A stretch of 63,933 nt of DNA, counting the filler, from Choristocarpus tenellus KU-1152 (Eukaryota > Protista > Phaeophyceae), in the NCBI GenBank assembly GCA_964200185.2. It is 13 parts of 13 records of this genome, joined end to end, with 100 filler letters (N's around TTAATTAATTAA, not from the genome) between each part and the next. Parts side by side here need not be neighbours in the genome. Positions count along the whole stretch, not along the records: positions 6,547 to 17,805 come from CAXNAD020002420.1; positions 17,906 to 21,763 come from CAXNAD020017534.1; positions 21,864 to 25,692 come from CAXNAD020017695.1; 10 more parts are not named here. One strand, written 5' to 3'. Position 1 is the first letter of the stretch. The number at the start of each line of letters is the position of its first letter. The notes beneath the pieces were generated by a model. The model was not told the DNA's origin. It ran no database searches and was given only the letters and a program-made list of their open reading frames with translations. The translations under genes were made by a program, and so were the position numbers. Positions 11,610-23,680 of the stretch are shown one piece after another.

Positions 11610-12164
11610 TGGAGGTCCTACCACCTCTCTCTTCAAATTGGAGAGAGCACTCAGTATTCACCTCAACACTTGGGATTCTTGGTAGCTCCCTATGATAGCC
11701 CGTATTTTTTTTTTCGCCTGGTTCAGTGGTCTCCTTGGATGGTTCTGGATCACCGTTGTCGTCTACGGGACTTCCTTCTGCTTGACCTCGTCGTCTCCGT
11801 GGGTGTGATGGCATCTGTGGCTCCGAGGGAATCATCATCCTTCCATAGTTGTACAATGAGTGGTCTCTGACCGCCACATCATCCACCTATAGTCGTAAAC
11901 GAGTGGTTTCTGACCGCCATGGTATAGACGTTGCCTAGTTAGATCTTCCTCGCCATTCGTACACTCACATTCCCGATCTGTTTTTCTTGTGTCACGGTGT
12001 TCTTTTACTTCACAGGTTCCGCTAGGAATTAGTAATTCGGAGAGGTTCCAGCCCAGGGCCAGACTTTGCGAGAATTCCTATAGCAGTCGTGACGACTCAA
12101 TGCGTTTATGCATCGCGTCCACGCATCAATAACTTGGCCCCTTTCCACAGCCTCAAAAGAAGCG

Positions 12165-12560
12165 AGGAGATATGTCGACCATTGTTGGAATCCACGGGTT
12201 TAGTAGGAACTGGAGTCCCCATGTTGGAAACAACTGGCAGAGTCGGAACAGAGTCGGAACTCGAGTCCCTATGTGGGAAACAACTGGCGGAGTGGGAACA
12301 GAGTCGGAACTGGAGTCTCTATGTTGAAAAAAAATGGCAGAGTCGGAACTGGAGCCCCTATGTCGCTATGTGGCAATTAATACATGCTGCTGCAGCACGA
12401 TTCGAGGTGATAGATGATATTTATTGTCCTGCCCTGTGATAATCGCCTGTGGTAAGCGTGAAACATGTATTCCTAGTTCACGCTGGGGGGCATGTTACAG
12501 GCCGATAGCAGGTCTGTCTTTTCGCAATCTAACCACAGTGTGAGTAGTTATATGCTTTCT
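12165..12560 (+). mobile_element. 3' internal region, polypurine tract and start of a second LTR type (family B)
   Basis: Homologous to 35680-36010; GCTGGGGGGCA followed by TGTTACAGG at 12493. Confidence 0.6.
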
Positions 12561-12892
12561 CAAAACAAGATATAACAATGGAGCCAAAACCTCAATAAAT
12601 TTGCGTGCTGGACCCCTTCACGTTGTGGGTGCTACTCCAGGTGAGATCCCACAATACGCGAGTGGATGGGCAATGTACTAGCGGAGGGAGAATGATATGG
12701 ACAGTATTATTGTCAGTACACTGCCACAGCTTCGGGACGTCTGAGCTTGTGCCTGGTTTCTGATACGTATTTGCGAACTTCTACTCTGGACTATGTTGCA
12801 TATATATTTTCGATTGTTTCATGTTGTGAGTTTGAAATATTAAATCTCGATATTGACCAGACCGTGCACTTGTGTGTGTGTGTGTGTGTGAG

Positions 12893-13198
12893 TGTTACAG
12901 CACGCTCCAGAAGCTTGCCTCCACAGGATGTATAGCTCCCATCTACAGGCTTATAGATGATAACTATGCATGTATAGGACTCCTGATGCACAAGTTGTCA
13001 AGTATGCTGGATCTCTCACTTGGATTATCATCAACATCATCGTATAACAAGGAACTCGTCTACGATGACTTATCACAATCGGTACCGTGATGACCAAATA
13101 ATGAATAAATAGTCAAGAAGTACAAATATTTCAAATCTAGAACTTCAAGGTCATAATGACGTTTACGAAACCGCCATCAAGACATATCGCCTGTAACA
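12893..13198 (-). mobile_element. LTR family A (3' LTR, polypurine tract at 13199-13210)
   Basis: Minus strand reads GCTAGGGGGGCA-TGTTACAGGCG...CTGTAACA, the same PPT context as 43331-43358. Confidence 0.85.
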
Positions 13199-13226
13199 TG
13201 CCCCCCTAGCATGAAGCGTAACTGCT

Positions 13227-13485
13227 GAGTGAAAGTATCTTAGAGGGTGCGAATTTTGCCCTGCTTGTCCATTTGGGACTCGGCTTCCCATGGGTTTTTA
13301 ATGACAGCTTACCTACTCCGAAACATTTTGGAGTAGGCAAAATGTGTACGTTATGAAAAGGAGTATCAGGAACAAGGGTGTTGACATCTCCTAACAAACA
13401 TGATAGCCAATATTACATCAAACTTGCAACACTAGATTTTGGTCCCCAAATGGACGCAGCTCTACCCTTTAAGATACTTTGACTC
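13227..13485 (+). mobile_element. MITE family C
   Basis: GAGTGAAAGTATCTTAGAGGGT...TACCCTTTAAGATACTTTGACTC. Confidence 0.85.
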
Positions 13486-14031
13486 TGATGGAAATATCAG
13501 TGTTGGGGACTGAGTGGTTGCAATGGCACATGTGTGAAGATAGCCACATGCAGGGAAGTGTTATGACATGGCAGGATTCAGTTATTTATTTAGAGTGCTT
13601 GTAAGTTTTGTACTTCACACCTATTCATTCTAAGTAGAATGCTCTGAACCCTCATTTTCACGTTGACACCCAACATCTGTACAGTCTGTCGGCTCTTCTT
13701 CAACCTGCAGTTGGCGACATTGGTCCATTTGGATCTAATTTAGGTAGTAAAGCACAAAGACAGATTAGGTTGATGTGGTATTATTTGACTCTAATGAAGA
13801 CCTTCAGATCATGGACAATACAATCGAGTGCAGGGAAAAAGCAATAAACTTATGGATATTGTAACTTACTATACTATACAGGATACGTAACAGATAAGAA
13901 GCAGGTCTCAACAAAATTAATATATATATATTTGAATGCTGTACAAAACTAGGTTGAGACTTGAGCTGTTCCTATGCCACTATTTCATCGTTGAACACTC
14001 GTCTGTTGTCTCTTTGTTACTCTCTGTACAG

Positions 14032-14649
14032 GCGAATGAAAATGACCCTTCCCAAAATTGTTGAGCTAGTGACGAAAAAGGAGATACCTGATTTGCAGCG
14101 GTATCTTATCTTTGAGGTAAGGGAGTGATAGTAGTGTGTTTTATTTTAGAAGCTGTGGTTTTCTGTTGGGACAGTACGATGTAATGTTGCGCTCCATGTC
14201 TGCATCTCTACGGAAGTGAGAAAAATTAGAGAGCCATAAGTAAAGAACACTGTGAGTCGTCAAAGGGAGGAAGTGTTACGCAGACTTTTCTTTGCTGTAA
14301 CTTGTGGCTTTGTGGTGACCCGAAGGTTGTGTGTGTTTCGTCAGCCTTCAAATGCAGTTTATGTCTTTCCAATGAGTTCCTGTACTGTTATCAATTGGTT
14401 GTTTGACGATGTATTAATGAAGTTAGTGATTGTGTGACCTGTGAACTCATGTTATAGTGGGCATCGTAGTACGCCATTGTGCCTGTGTATCCTCTTCTGC
14501 TTTTTTTTCCTCTTGAAACTGCTTCTTTGCATATCTATTACCAACTGTATGATCACGGTACTCTCCTGCCCGACCGGAAGATGTGCGTTAGTGATGTTGA
14601 CACTGGCGATGAGAAGGAAGTGCCATACGTCCGCTTAAAGATCAGGTGA
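14032..14649 (+). CDS. UBA1: Ubiquitin-activating enzyme E1, last two exons (14032-14116 and 14581-14649), C-terminal ubiquitin-fold domain
   Basis: Spliced translation RMKMTLPKIVELVTKKEIPDLQRYLIFE|MCVSDVDTGDEKEVPYVRLKIR* matches the characteristic E1 C-terminus (E-x-C-x-x-D...EVPYVR). CAG acceptor ending at 14031, GTAAGG donor at 14117, AAG acceptor ending at 14580. Not in the ORF track. Confidence 0.9.
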
Positions 14650-17600
14650 TAATTGTCGCATGGGTGAAATGCACCGGGGTGGTGTATGGAGCTAAAATGG
14701 CAAGATTATGACCAGGATTGAGGTTTGTAGGTAGCATGGCAGCACAAGAGAGGAAATGGGTACACTAATTTTCTGCATTGGCATTGTTTTGATTGTCTGA
14801 GCTGGGTATGATGCTCCAGTAGGTGGGATATTGACATTTGGGAGAGACGGCCTCCCTGCCTCTAATTACAGGTTGAGTGTGTCCTGTGTGTTGACTGGTG
14901 TAATGAATATGCTGTGGTCAAACAAAAAAGGCACCCTCAGCTCTAGTCTGTTGAGAGGCAGGGTAGGTTGTTGATACGTTTTGGAGAAACATGGCATATT
15001 CCGGGAAGTGCTGATGCAGTTTGTCTGAGGTCTGTATTGATTTGTTCAAGCCATTTGTGCCAAAACACATGTTGCTGATGATATGCATTGTCACTCCATT
15101 ATAGCTAGGCCATTCATATGCATCACCAAACCATCACACGATTTTGCTTTCCAGGCATTTGAATTATTTGTGGTTCAACCAATGAAAAACTGTGGCCATG
15201 TCAATGATGGTATGTCTGTGTAGCATGTACCCATCTGTTACAGGATGCTTGTTGTGTGTCTACGTATCCAAAAGAACTGTAGTTGAGTTGAAGATGGAAA
15301 TGGCATTTTGTTCAGGCACACCCATACTTCAGAGTTTCATCAGTAGGAGGTCTAAGCAAGTCAAGCATGATAATTGCAAATTCACTCCAACAAGAAGATA
15401 CAGAGAGGGAGCTTATTGATTATCCTGGAGATCGCAAAACTCGATGTTATTTTGCCCCACGTACCACACTCCTTGAAAAGTGTTAGGTATATCTGAAATA
15501 CATGAGTCCAAAGATGTGACATAAATCTGTCAAGATGGCGGCACCAGTTGCCTTGCCCCAAAAGGGATATTTGAAGCATCTGAGAAATCAATAAGCATGT
15601 CTTGTAAGCGAAAGCTCTTTCGATACAATATAGAGATTGGATCGTTCAAATTTGAATGTTACTCGTTTTGTTCATAAATTCTTTCGGTGAGTTTGGTCAA
15701 AATCAGGAAATTTAATATTAATAGATCAAATCATTTTCAAGTCAGGTTTTCTCCACAGCAATCGAAAAACGCATGCCGTAAGCTTCCACATGACTGTAGG
15801 TCATTGATTTCTGATAGACCCTACCGGAGAAATGGTTCGAAGTTGAGGCGTATATATAGAAGAAGTGGTAGTTGTAGTTGTAGTAGTAGTAGTAGTAGTA
15901 GTATCTTGATCAGTAAAAACTTTTGTTGGTGCTGGTGTTACGGCAAAGTAATGTTATGATGGTTGCATCTACAGCAATAAATCTACACAGTCGATCTTTG
16001 GTGAGGTGAACTGGATTGATAGCACTATTCGTGCACACTACAATCAAGTACAGGTAATGGGTCCTACTCACCACCAATTAAGTGTAGTAGTACATAGTGC
16101 CATCAGAAGGTAGTACGTGAATGACGAAAATGATGATGCCCCCAGCCTTGTGAATGCAGTGCTAAATCAACTGAATACCTCGCTACCCTTAGATCCAACA
16201 GTGAAAAGGAGAACCAGTAAGAAACAATCACAGCGATGATTGGATGTCATTTGGTTGGCAGAATTGACAATTCTTTTAAAACAATATATATACATGTGTT
16301 AATAGAAGGGCATGTCCAAATTCTTCCTGCTGTTGCGACTGCTGCTGATGATACTTGGTGTGGAAGGCCGTTACTGATGATACTGCTGGTATCTGGTATC
16401 ATCAAGTCTATGCATATATCTGCACATCATGCAAGCGTTGTAAGAAAGGGTAGACAGAATAGCATCACCCACAGGCAACGCCGATCGCTATTTGTTGTAA
16501 GAATCTCTCCAGAGTATTATGTACTCTGAACAGGGCAAGTATGCATGAATGATGATGTTTCCGTGTGTAACACCCCAAGGAACGTTGACCACTTATTATA
16601 TATTTGCGGGCAGAGTTCGTACCGTGTATCGTAAACTACAACTCGTCCCCTCACTTGTTCTAAGCATCCCTCTCCAAGAGACCTCCACCAATCAGTCAAC
16701 ATCACACCCTTTCGAGCGAGGGAGATGGCACAGTCATGCCTCAGACTCTAATAGCTGTCAAAACGAAGTCGATGAAACGGTCTCTCTTGTCTTCGGAAGG
16801 AGTTGATAATTCTTTTGTACCACTACCGTAGGGGACGAGTGTTAGGGAATCAGTGCACGAGTGGCCGTTGCAAGCGAGTGACGCACATGCATACGGACTC
16901 ACGTCCATCCTATACAACACACACAAAGTCAGTATCGTCAGTGGTTCGAAAAACAAAAAAGAGTTCGAGTTGACAAAAAAGACGAAAAATACAACAATAC
17001 AAGATGTCAACAAACTTTGTGGTGGTTTCAATCTCGGTTCAAGCGTGGAACCGAAGTTATTCAGAGGGACAATGGCGAAGGGAACCTGGGATTGTGGGAG
17101 AGGGGCAGGTAAGGGAACACCATGGGGCATTGGGAATGGTCGCCGCCGTGACGATCGCCACCGCCGTAGGGGTGAAGGGACGGCGGCGTCGATTGCAGGG
17201 CAAGGTGAGCGCAAGGTGGGAAATGCAGGGCGTCTACGAGGCTACAGGTTTCAATCGGTGTCCCAATCAAATGACGGCTCAGAGAATTTTCTCACGTTCC
17301 CACGATCTCTAGACGGCGTGAGGTCTTGGGGTCTTCTTGTAGTTGAACTTCCACGCCTTGTCGAGGCTTGAGGCGATGCATTTTTTTATTGCAATGTGGA
17401 ATTGAACTACAAGTTGTCAGGGCTCGTGTGGAACCGAGACGTGTCTGTATTTGTCTCGAGTTGCATTTTCCCCTTCAGAAGGATTCTTTTAAGAGCGAAA
17501 TTCCTTCGACCCACCCACAGCTCACAGCAGATCGGTGGATAAAGCCCTCTCCTTGTTACGGAAGCAATAGGTAGGGATTGAGAGGGCGAGAAAGATTGAA

Positions 17601-19039
17601 GTTGAAGGGTCGGTATTGTGGCTTTCAACCACGTACCGATGGCGAGTTCTGTAGTGGCCGGTGGACGCATGTGTGTGGGTAGTAGCTGCACTTTGAAATG
17701 ATTGGTTGGCTTCATAGGCTTAGAGAGTTCAATGTTTGATTGGTATAGTCGATGCGGTGAAGAAGTTGCGTCATCGAACTTTCAGATATGATGGCCATCC
17801 TTGCANNNNNNNNNNNNNNNNNNNNNNNNNNNNNNNNNNNNNNNNNNNNTTAATTAATTAANNNNNNNNNNNNNNNNNNNNNNNNNNNNNNNNNNNNNNN
17901 NNNNNGGTCGCACTGGTTGGTCATCATAGGCGGGGGGTGACTGGAAATCAGTGGTGAAAGGGGCTTGCATTGGTTGACCATCGCAAAGGGGGGGGAGGTC
18001 GAGAAATCAGTGGCGAAGAGGTCGCACTGGGTGGTCATAAGTGGGGGTACAATGGGGAGGGAAGGGGGAATGAGTGGAATACAAACAGCAAACAAAAATA
18101 ATAATAATCCAGAATTCGTGAGCAAAACAAAATACTCTATGTATTGTACTATGCCGTACTGAGACAAAAGACTGCTATGTTGTGTCCTACTGGCATCAAG
18201 CAGGTTTGTGCTTTACTTTGTTATATTTTGCTTAACTTTAGACTTGGATTTTTGGGAAATCATCTCGGTCAAGTAGTGAAAAAAAATGCGAGTTTGCTCG
18301 ATGTAAGAGAGAATTGGCTCTTATAGCCTATGAAGTCGTGACAAGGCAATTTACTCTCTCTTATATCGACCTCTCTTATGTTGGTACACCCACTCTAATT
18401 GATAAGAATGTTTCTGTTGACACCATGAGAAAATTATCCGGGCTCTTATAGTACAAGAAGAAGAATTCTAGAAAAGGTTGTAGCAAGTAACACAGAATGA
18501 GTGACAAGTTACTAGAATATGAATGATAAGGTGACAAGGACCCCCCTTTTTGGCCTTGGATTTTCATTCCTCCTTTCACCTTCATTTACAACCTGTTACA
18601 CACAATAAGGAACGAATTGAGTTACTTACATATGCAAGTCTTGGTAAACTTGTCAAGGCTAGCAATAAAATCGATTTGAGGGGGAGTCCCGATGGAGACG
18701 GTCATCGGTTACAGAAGACATACTTCGAGAAGAGCGGAGTATGGAGAAACGACATCTTGAACACCAGTTGAAGGTGGAGGGGTGGTTGAGTCCGCAAATG
18801 ATGATGAAGAGATGGTTAGGAGACCCCCGCAACAGATGACACCAGCTGGGCAGACAATGAGACGACTGCTACCATTGCCATCCAAGTTCAAGGTTTATAG
18901 TGGTGATGATGATGGTTATGCTACGTTTTAGAGAAAATTTCTTTCATGTGTGCACATATATGACAATAAGGCAAGGGAAACCTCAGCTTTGGCTGCCCAT
19001 TTGCGGAAGGACGTGTGGTGTACTGATGGGACATCCCAA

Positions 19040-19510
19040 ACGTCAAGGATGCTTTCATGGCGGCCACATTTCCCCTTGCAACGTTGTGCAAGGTCCATAC
19101 ATTCACCCCATGCGATCTGAATCTGACTGCCATACTCCTTCAGGTGACGGAACACAGTGATTCAGGAAATTCGGAAGTCCTCCACAATGGTCGCCGCCGT
19201 CCCCCGAGCCATCTGAGTCTTGCGTCCTCTCACCTCCAGGAATCGTTATCACACTATTATTCGTTGGGGTGTTTGAGTTTGGATCCCGGACAGACTTGGG
19301 TCTAAGAATTGGGGCCGATGCACGATGATTGTGCTGCTCAAACAACAGGGGCCGTCGTCCTAGGAATCCCAATGAACATTCGGTTTGACAGTTTCAGGAG
19401 GTTTTTGAACCCCGTCAAATGCAACTTGGTCGACTCTGCATTGGTGATCCTCCACAATCATGACACAATCATAACAGCCCACCATCTCAACCTTTGCACG
19501 ACTCCCAATC
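19040..19510 (-). mobile_element. Second degenerate copy of the mariner N-terminal region
   Basis: Clear nucleotide similarity to 3470-3915 (e.g. CCTTCAGxTGACGGAACACA, TCAAATGCAACTTGGTCGACT). Confidence 0.7.
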
Positions 19511-19869
19511 TACATTTAATTCCGAAAATTGGAGACATGTATGTATTTCGACGGTCACACCAACCCAAAAATTACGAGAGGTGTAAGGAGAATGCACAAC
19601 TAGAACTATCCGCTTAGAGGGGAGTTGATTAAAACCTTTCTGAGTGTAACAGGTTTGCTGTATCTCCTGCCTGACATTCCCATTCCCATCCCGAAGATGT
19701 AGCTAACCCCCATCAGGAGACTGTGAATGTAGAAGACGAGAACAAACGTTTCGCCCACTCAAGCAGTAGCTCGAAATCTGCCTCCAGAGTGCTAGGAGAA
19801 CATTACATAAAATAAAAAAATACATTCAAACTACTTAAAAACTGTCGAATTACAACTAGTTAGTTGCTG

Positions 19870-20400
19870 TACCTCCATTCCTGCCTTGCTTCTTGAGCGT
19901 TGGGTCCAGTACTCCCACTGCTTGTCACTCCATATCCTCCCTCGAATATTGTGTGGCACCTTCAAAGTTTCGCCTTGATCTTGGTCTAGCGTTGTTTACC
20001 ATTGTGACAGACAGGATAGTACCAGTGTTTACAATCCATTATGCTTGCCATGCGGAATGGAATAATCGAAACCAGATCTCTGTGAAAAGAAGTCCAGCAC
20101 GGAAAGTTTTTGAACTCACGAAATTCATACAGAGAACGGTTGCCTCAGTAAAGTATACAATGAGATACTGTTGAAGGTCAAGCTTCTGCCGTTTTTCATT
20201 CCTTCATGCACTATAGCACCAGCGGCAAGAGCTTAGAGGACCTTTTTGCTTGGTGCACCAACATCCCAGCAGGACAGACGGTTGCAAGTACCAAGAAAGA
20301 GACTGTTGCAGCATCGAAGGGTGAGATGAGAAACAGCTAAAATATTTCCCTGCTTTGGGGCTCAAACCATAGATAGTAGATCTCCACTTTTGTGAACTTA
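19870..20400 (-). mobile_element. Degenerate repeat, probable hAT transposase C-terminal region
   Basis: Nucleotide similarity to 29995-30470. Confidence 0.35.
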
Positions 20401-21100
20401 CGGACAAAACAAGCGTGATACAATAATTAGATTATGTCTTCTCCTTAATGCATAGTTGTCGTGCACTACCCTGTAGTGCAAGGGTGATAAAAAATAACAT
20501 GAAACGGTGTGCACTAAGTATAAACGTAACTTGAAACCGCCCAATTCACTCTCATGACATGAGTGCCATTGAGAACTAGGAATAAAAAACAATTCTCACG
20601 ACTAAGAAAAAGTCCTCAAAAGTCGCCAGTTCGACTCTCTCTCTTGAAGGACAGTAGGGGGGTGTATGTGTTCTGTTATTGGAGCATACGCACCAATGAT
20701 ATATATTCTACCTCCCTACCCTGCATTTCTTACCTTCTCCACTGTTTCGTGCCATGGTCACCATTTGAGGATCAGCTCCTCCCGTGGGAGCAATCACAAG
20801 GGTGGGATGTTCAGGAGGAGTAGCCAGCTACAGTTCCTATTGCGGGCATCCAAATGATTCCTGGAAAAAACTGATCACAAAAAACTGATTAAGTTTCGCT
20901 AGGCGCAACACGTAACAGTAGACATCACAACCAGCAGGAATTCACTCATACATGCTCCTTTCAACAACTCAAACCTTTTCCTAAGCTCTTGTAAATTGTC
21001 CTGTACACCAACAAAGCAAATCGACATGGGGAACAGAAACTTTCGCATTCCTCCCCTCGCCCTCTTCATTGTCCTTTACCCCAACCTATCCCTCCACCAT

Positions 21101-21697
21101 TCAAGACCCTTGGCATGAGGTCATCGTGCACAAATGCAAGTAACACCGCTCCTCATCTTGGCATTTCCCTAGCTGGGAGTGACCACCAGTAGTAGTAGTA
21201 CCCCCTTCAGTTCTCTCCAACTTCTTCACCTTTGCACCACGAGCCCCTTTTCCCTTCTTCACTCCCCCAACATCAGTGGTACCTCTCGACAAAGTAGAAG
21301 ACTCCAAGGTCTCCATTGCCTCATCCCCAGCCTTTTCCCTTTCCTTTACAGCCGCCTCATCCAAAGCAGCCCGGATTTTGTCATCCACTCCAGCCTCTGC
21401 CCCTAGCATCCTGATCCCTGCCACTCCCTCGAGGACACTCAGTGGCACCAAGAAAGACCGAAAATCGGTATCCAATGAGATTCGCTTATTTGGCATCACA
21501 AAGGCTGCGATAAGTGTTGGGGTTGGGGATGATGCTGAGGTTGGTACTGGGGACGGCACCAATGCTCCAGAGCGGTCATGAGATAACTGAGGAATGCAAA
21601 GATGGTGCTGGTGGTCAGGGGAGGCACCGACTGCGGACATCTTGTCTGACCCTATGCCTGCAAGTTGGTGTGTAGGAAAGGGTTCAGCTATCACCAC
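21101..21697 (-). CDS. Probable exon of a hypothetical protein (low-complexity, charged)
   Basis: 198-codon ORF starting right after a pyrimidine-rich CAG acceptor (21698-21700). No family recognised; the 3' boundary is uncertain. Confidence 0.45.
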   Translation of the reverse strand: MVIAEPFPTHQLAGIGSDKMSAVGASPDHQHHLCIPQLSHDRSGALVPSPVPTSASSPTPTLIAAFVMPNKRISLDTDFRSFLVPLSVLEGVAGIRMLGAEAGVDDKIRAALDEAAVKEREKAGDEAMETLESSTLSRGTTDVGGVKKGKGARGAKVKKLERTEGGTTTTGGHSQLGKCQDEERCYLHLCTMTSCQGS

Positions 21698-22887
21698 CTG
21701 CCATGGGAAGGGGGGCAGAGGTACGGGTGCAACGTGTGTTTAGTCGAAAGGAGGGGATCACAGNNNNNNNNNNNNNNNNNNNNNNNNNNNNNNNNNNNNN
21801 NNNNNNNTTAATTAATTAANNNNNNNNNNNNNNNNNNNNNNNNNNNNNNNNNNNNNNNNNNNNCCCCATTCTCCCCCCCGACTATTAATGGGAACACCCC
21901 CCCCCCCCCCCCCCCGCACACCTGAACGAGCTCAATATGAAAAAACAAAGACAAAAACTAGTCACAGATGTAGAAATGTGCAGCGCACAACCAGCAATGC
22001 CAATATTGCCAAGTATCCCCCCCAAGTTCCTTCAAAACCAAATCCACATATAACTTGCATCCATCTGATTGTGGCTCAAGGGATGTCCTACACAGACCAC
22101 TGCCAGTTGCAGTGACCCATTTCATCTTGCTTGCTTTTATTTTTTTTACCATTATTTACGAGCAATTTCAAAGGATTGTTCTCCCACCCCCACCCCCCCC
22201 ACCCCTTCCGTTGTGCAACTCTTCAATTCCTGGTGTATATGTAGGGGGGGAGTTGCAGTGGCCCAGGCGGGACAGGTGGCCATTCCTGCTGCAGCACGAG
22301 CTCACCTGCTCTATCCAAGCCCAGAGTCTGACAAGACAGTGTCAATGCCATCAAAACGGCGACATGGGTGTGCCGGCCCTAGACAGTGTAGTAGATCACC
22401 TCCTACTGGATGTGGACAAGACACTGTTGGGGGGGGTGGAAACATAGTAGTGGGTGTTAGGGATTAGTGTTCAAAGTTAGGTTAAGACAATTTTTATATG
22501 GAGAGGAGTTTTTTTGGGGGGGGAGCAGGGCGGTGTCTTGTTACTAGTTAGTAACTGGCGTTATTTGCCTGACCTATCCTTTTGGTTTCCGTGGCTGATT
22601 GAGAAGTTGGTTATATGGTGTGTTGGATGCAGTTTTGATTATCGTATATTTTACTGATAGTTGGGGTCCACTGGTTAGGTTTGGTTGGTGATATATTCTT
22701 GACTAATGTGTTGTTGGATCCTCAGAGAGTACGTAGAGCTCTCTACAGGGTTTTTTCTGATGGATGGCGCAAGGCTGTATCTGTGCACGATTCATTCTCA
22801 ATGCTGCTGCTGGTGGGTGTACAGTGGGCCTGCTCTTCCAGTGTTATATGTTGTAGTATGGTAGTCGTTGGAGGCAAAGCAAATAAG

Positions 22888-23129
22888 AGGGTAAGAGTTT
22901 TGCCCTGTTTGTCTGTTCAGGGCTTCGCTTTCAACAGTTTTTTTAATGGCGTTTTCGGTTTTCTGTGTGAACACAGTTACCTAAAATGTAGACGAGTATG
23001 AAATGTGTGTCCAGGGCAAGGATATTGACACTCGCTAACAAACATGATAGCCAAAGTTCATCAAAAATAGAAACTTCGGATTTATGAGCCTGGACAGATG
23101 CAGCCCCGCTTGCTTAAATGTTTTGGCTC
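22888..23129 (+). mobile_element. Degenerate MITE family C
   Basis: GAGTTTTGCCCTGTTTGTC and AAGGATATTGACACTCGCTAACAAACATGATAGCC blocks are shared with family C. Confidence 0.6.
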
Positions 23130-23551
23130 TTGGTCAATTTTGAAGGGTTCAATGTACTTGCATGTGGTGATTGATTTATGTGCGTAAATCGAATTGCCTT
23201 TGGTGGGAGGGACGCCGCAAGGGATTCCTGTCCAGAACCTGAGAAAGATCGAATGCATTCATGCATCACGGAAAAGGCTTCCGTTGCTGCTCTTCAATAA
23301 AAATACTTACGATATATACATAAATGCGTGTCATTTGGGCATCCTGGCTGGTGTGGCAGACACCAAACCAGGAATGATGATGTTGTGTTGGTAGTAGATT
23401 GATTATTGCGCGCTTTTTTTGGAGGATTCAGTAAAGAGAATCTTAATGCCGTTAGTCAAAAAGTATACTAGAGATATCCATCCAGAGGGTTACATTTTAA
23501 GGATGTTGGCAAATATGTGAAAGTTTAGGCATTTCGTGCAAATCCGGATGG

Positions 23552-23680
23552 AACAGCCGATTTCAAAAATTGAGGATGGAGCTTTTCATTGAGGATGAAC
23601 TTGACCCAAAATTGACTGGGATAAAGTGTAGATATGTTTTTTGTTTTAAATGTTGACCATCAATTTTGAAATCGGCTGTT
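23552..23680. mobile_element. Small inverted-repeat element (MITE-like); partial copy at about 29097-29155
   Basis: AACAGCCGATTTCAAAAATTGA...TCAATTTTGAAATCGGCTGTT. Confidence 0.65.

Noticed and set aside
16741-17715. Several overlapping ORFs on both strands in a GC-richer region
   Set aside because: Could be a gene 5' end, but neither strand nor frame could be supported.
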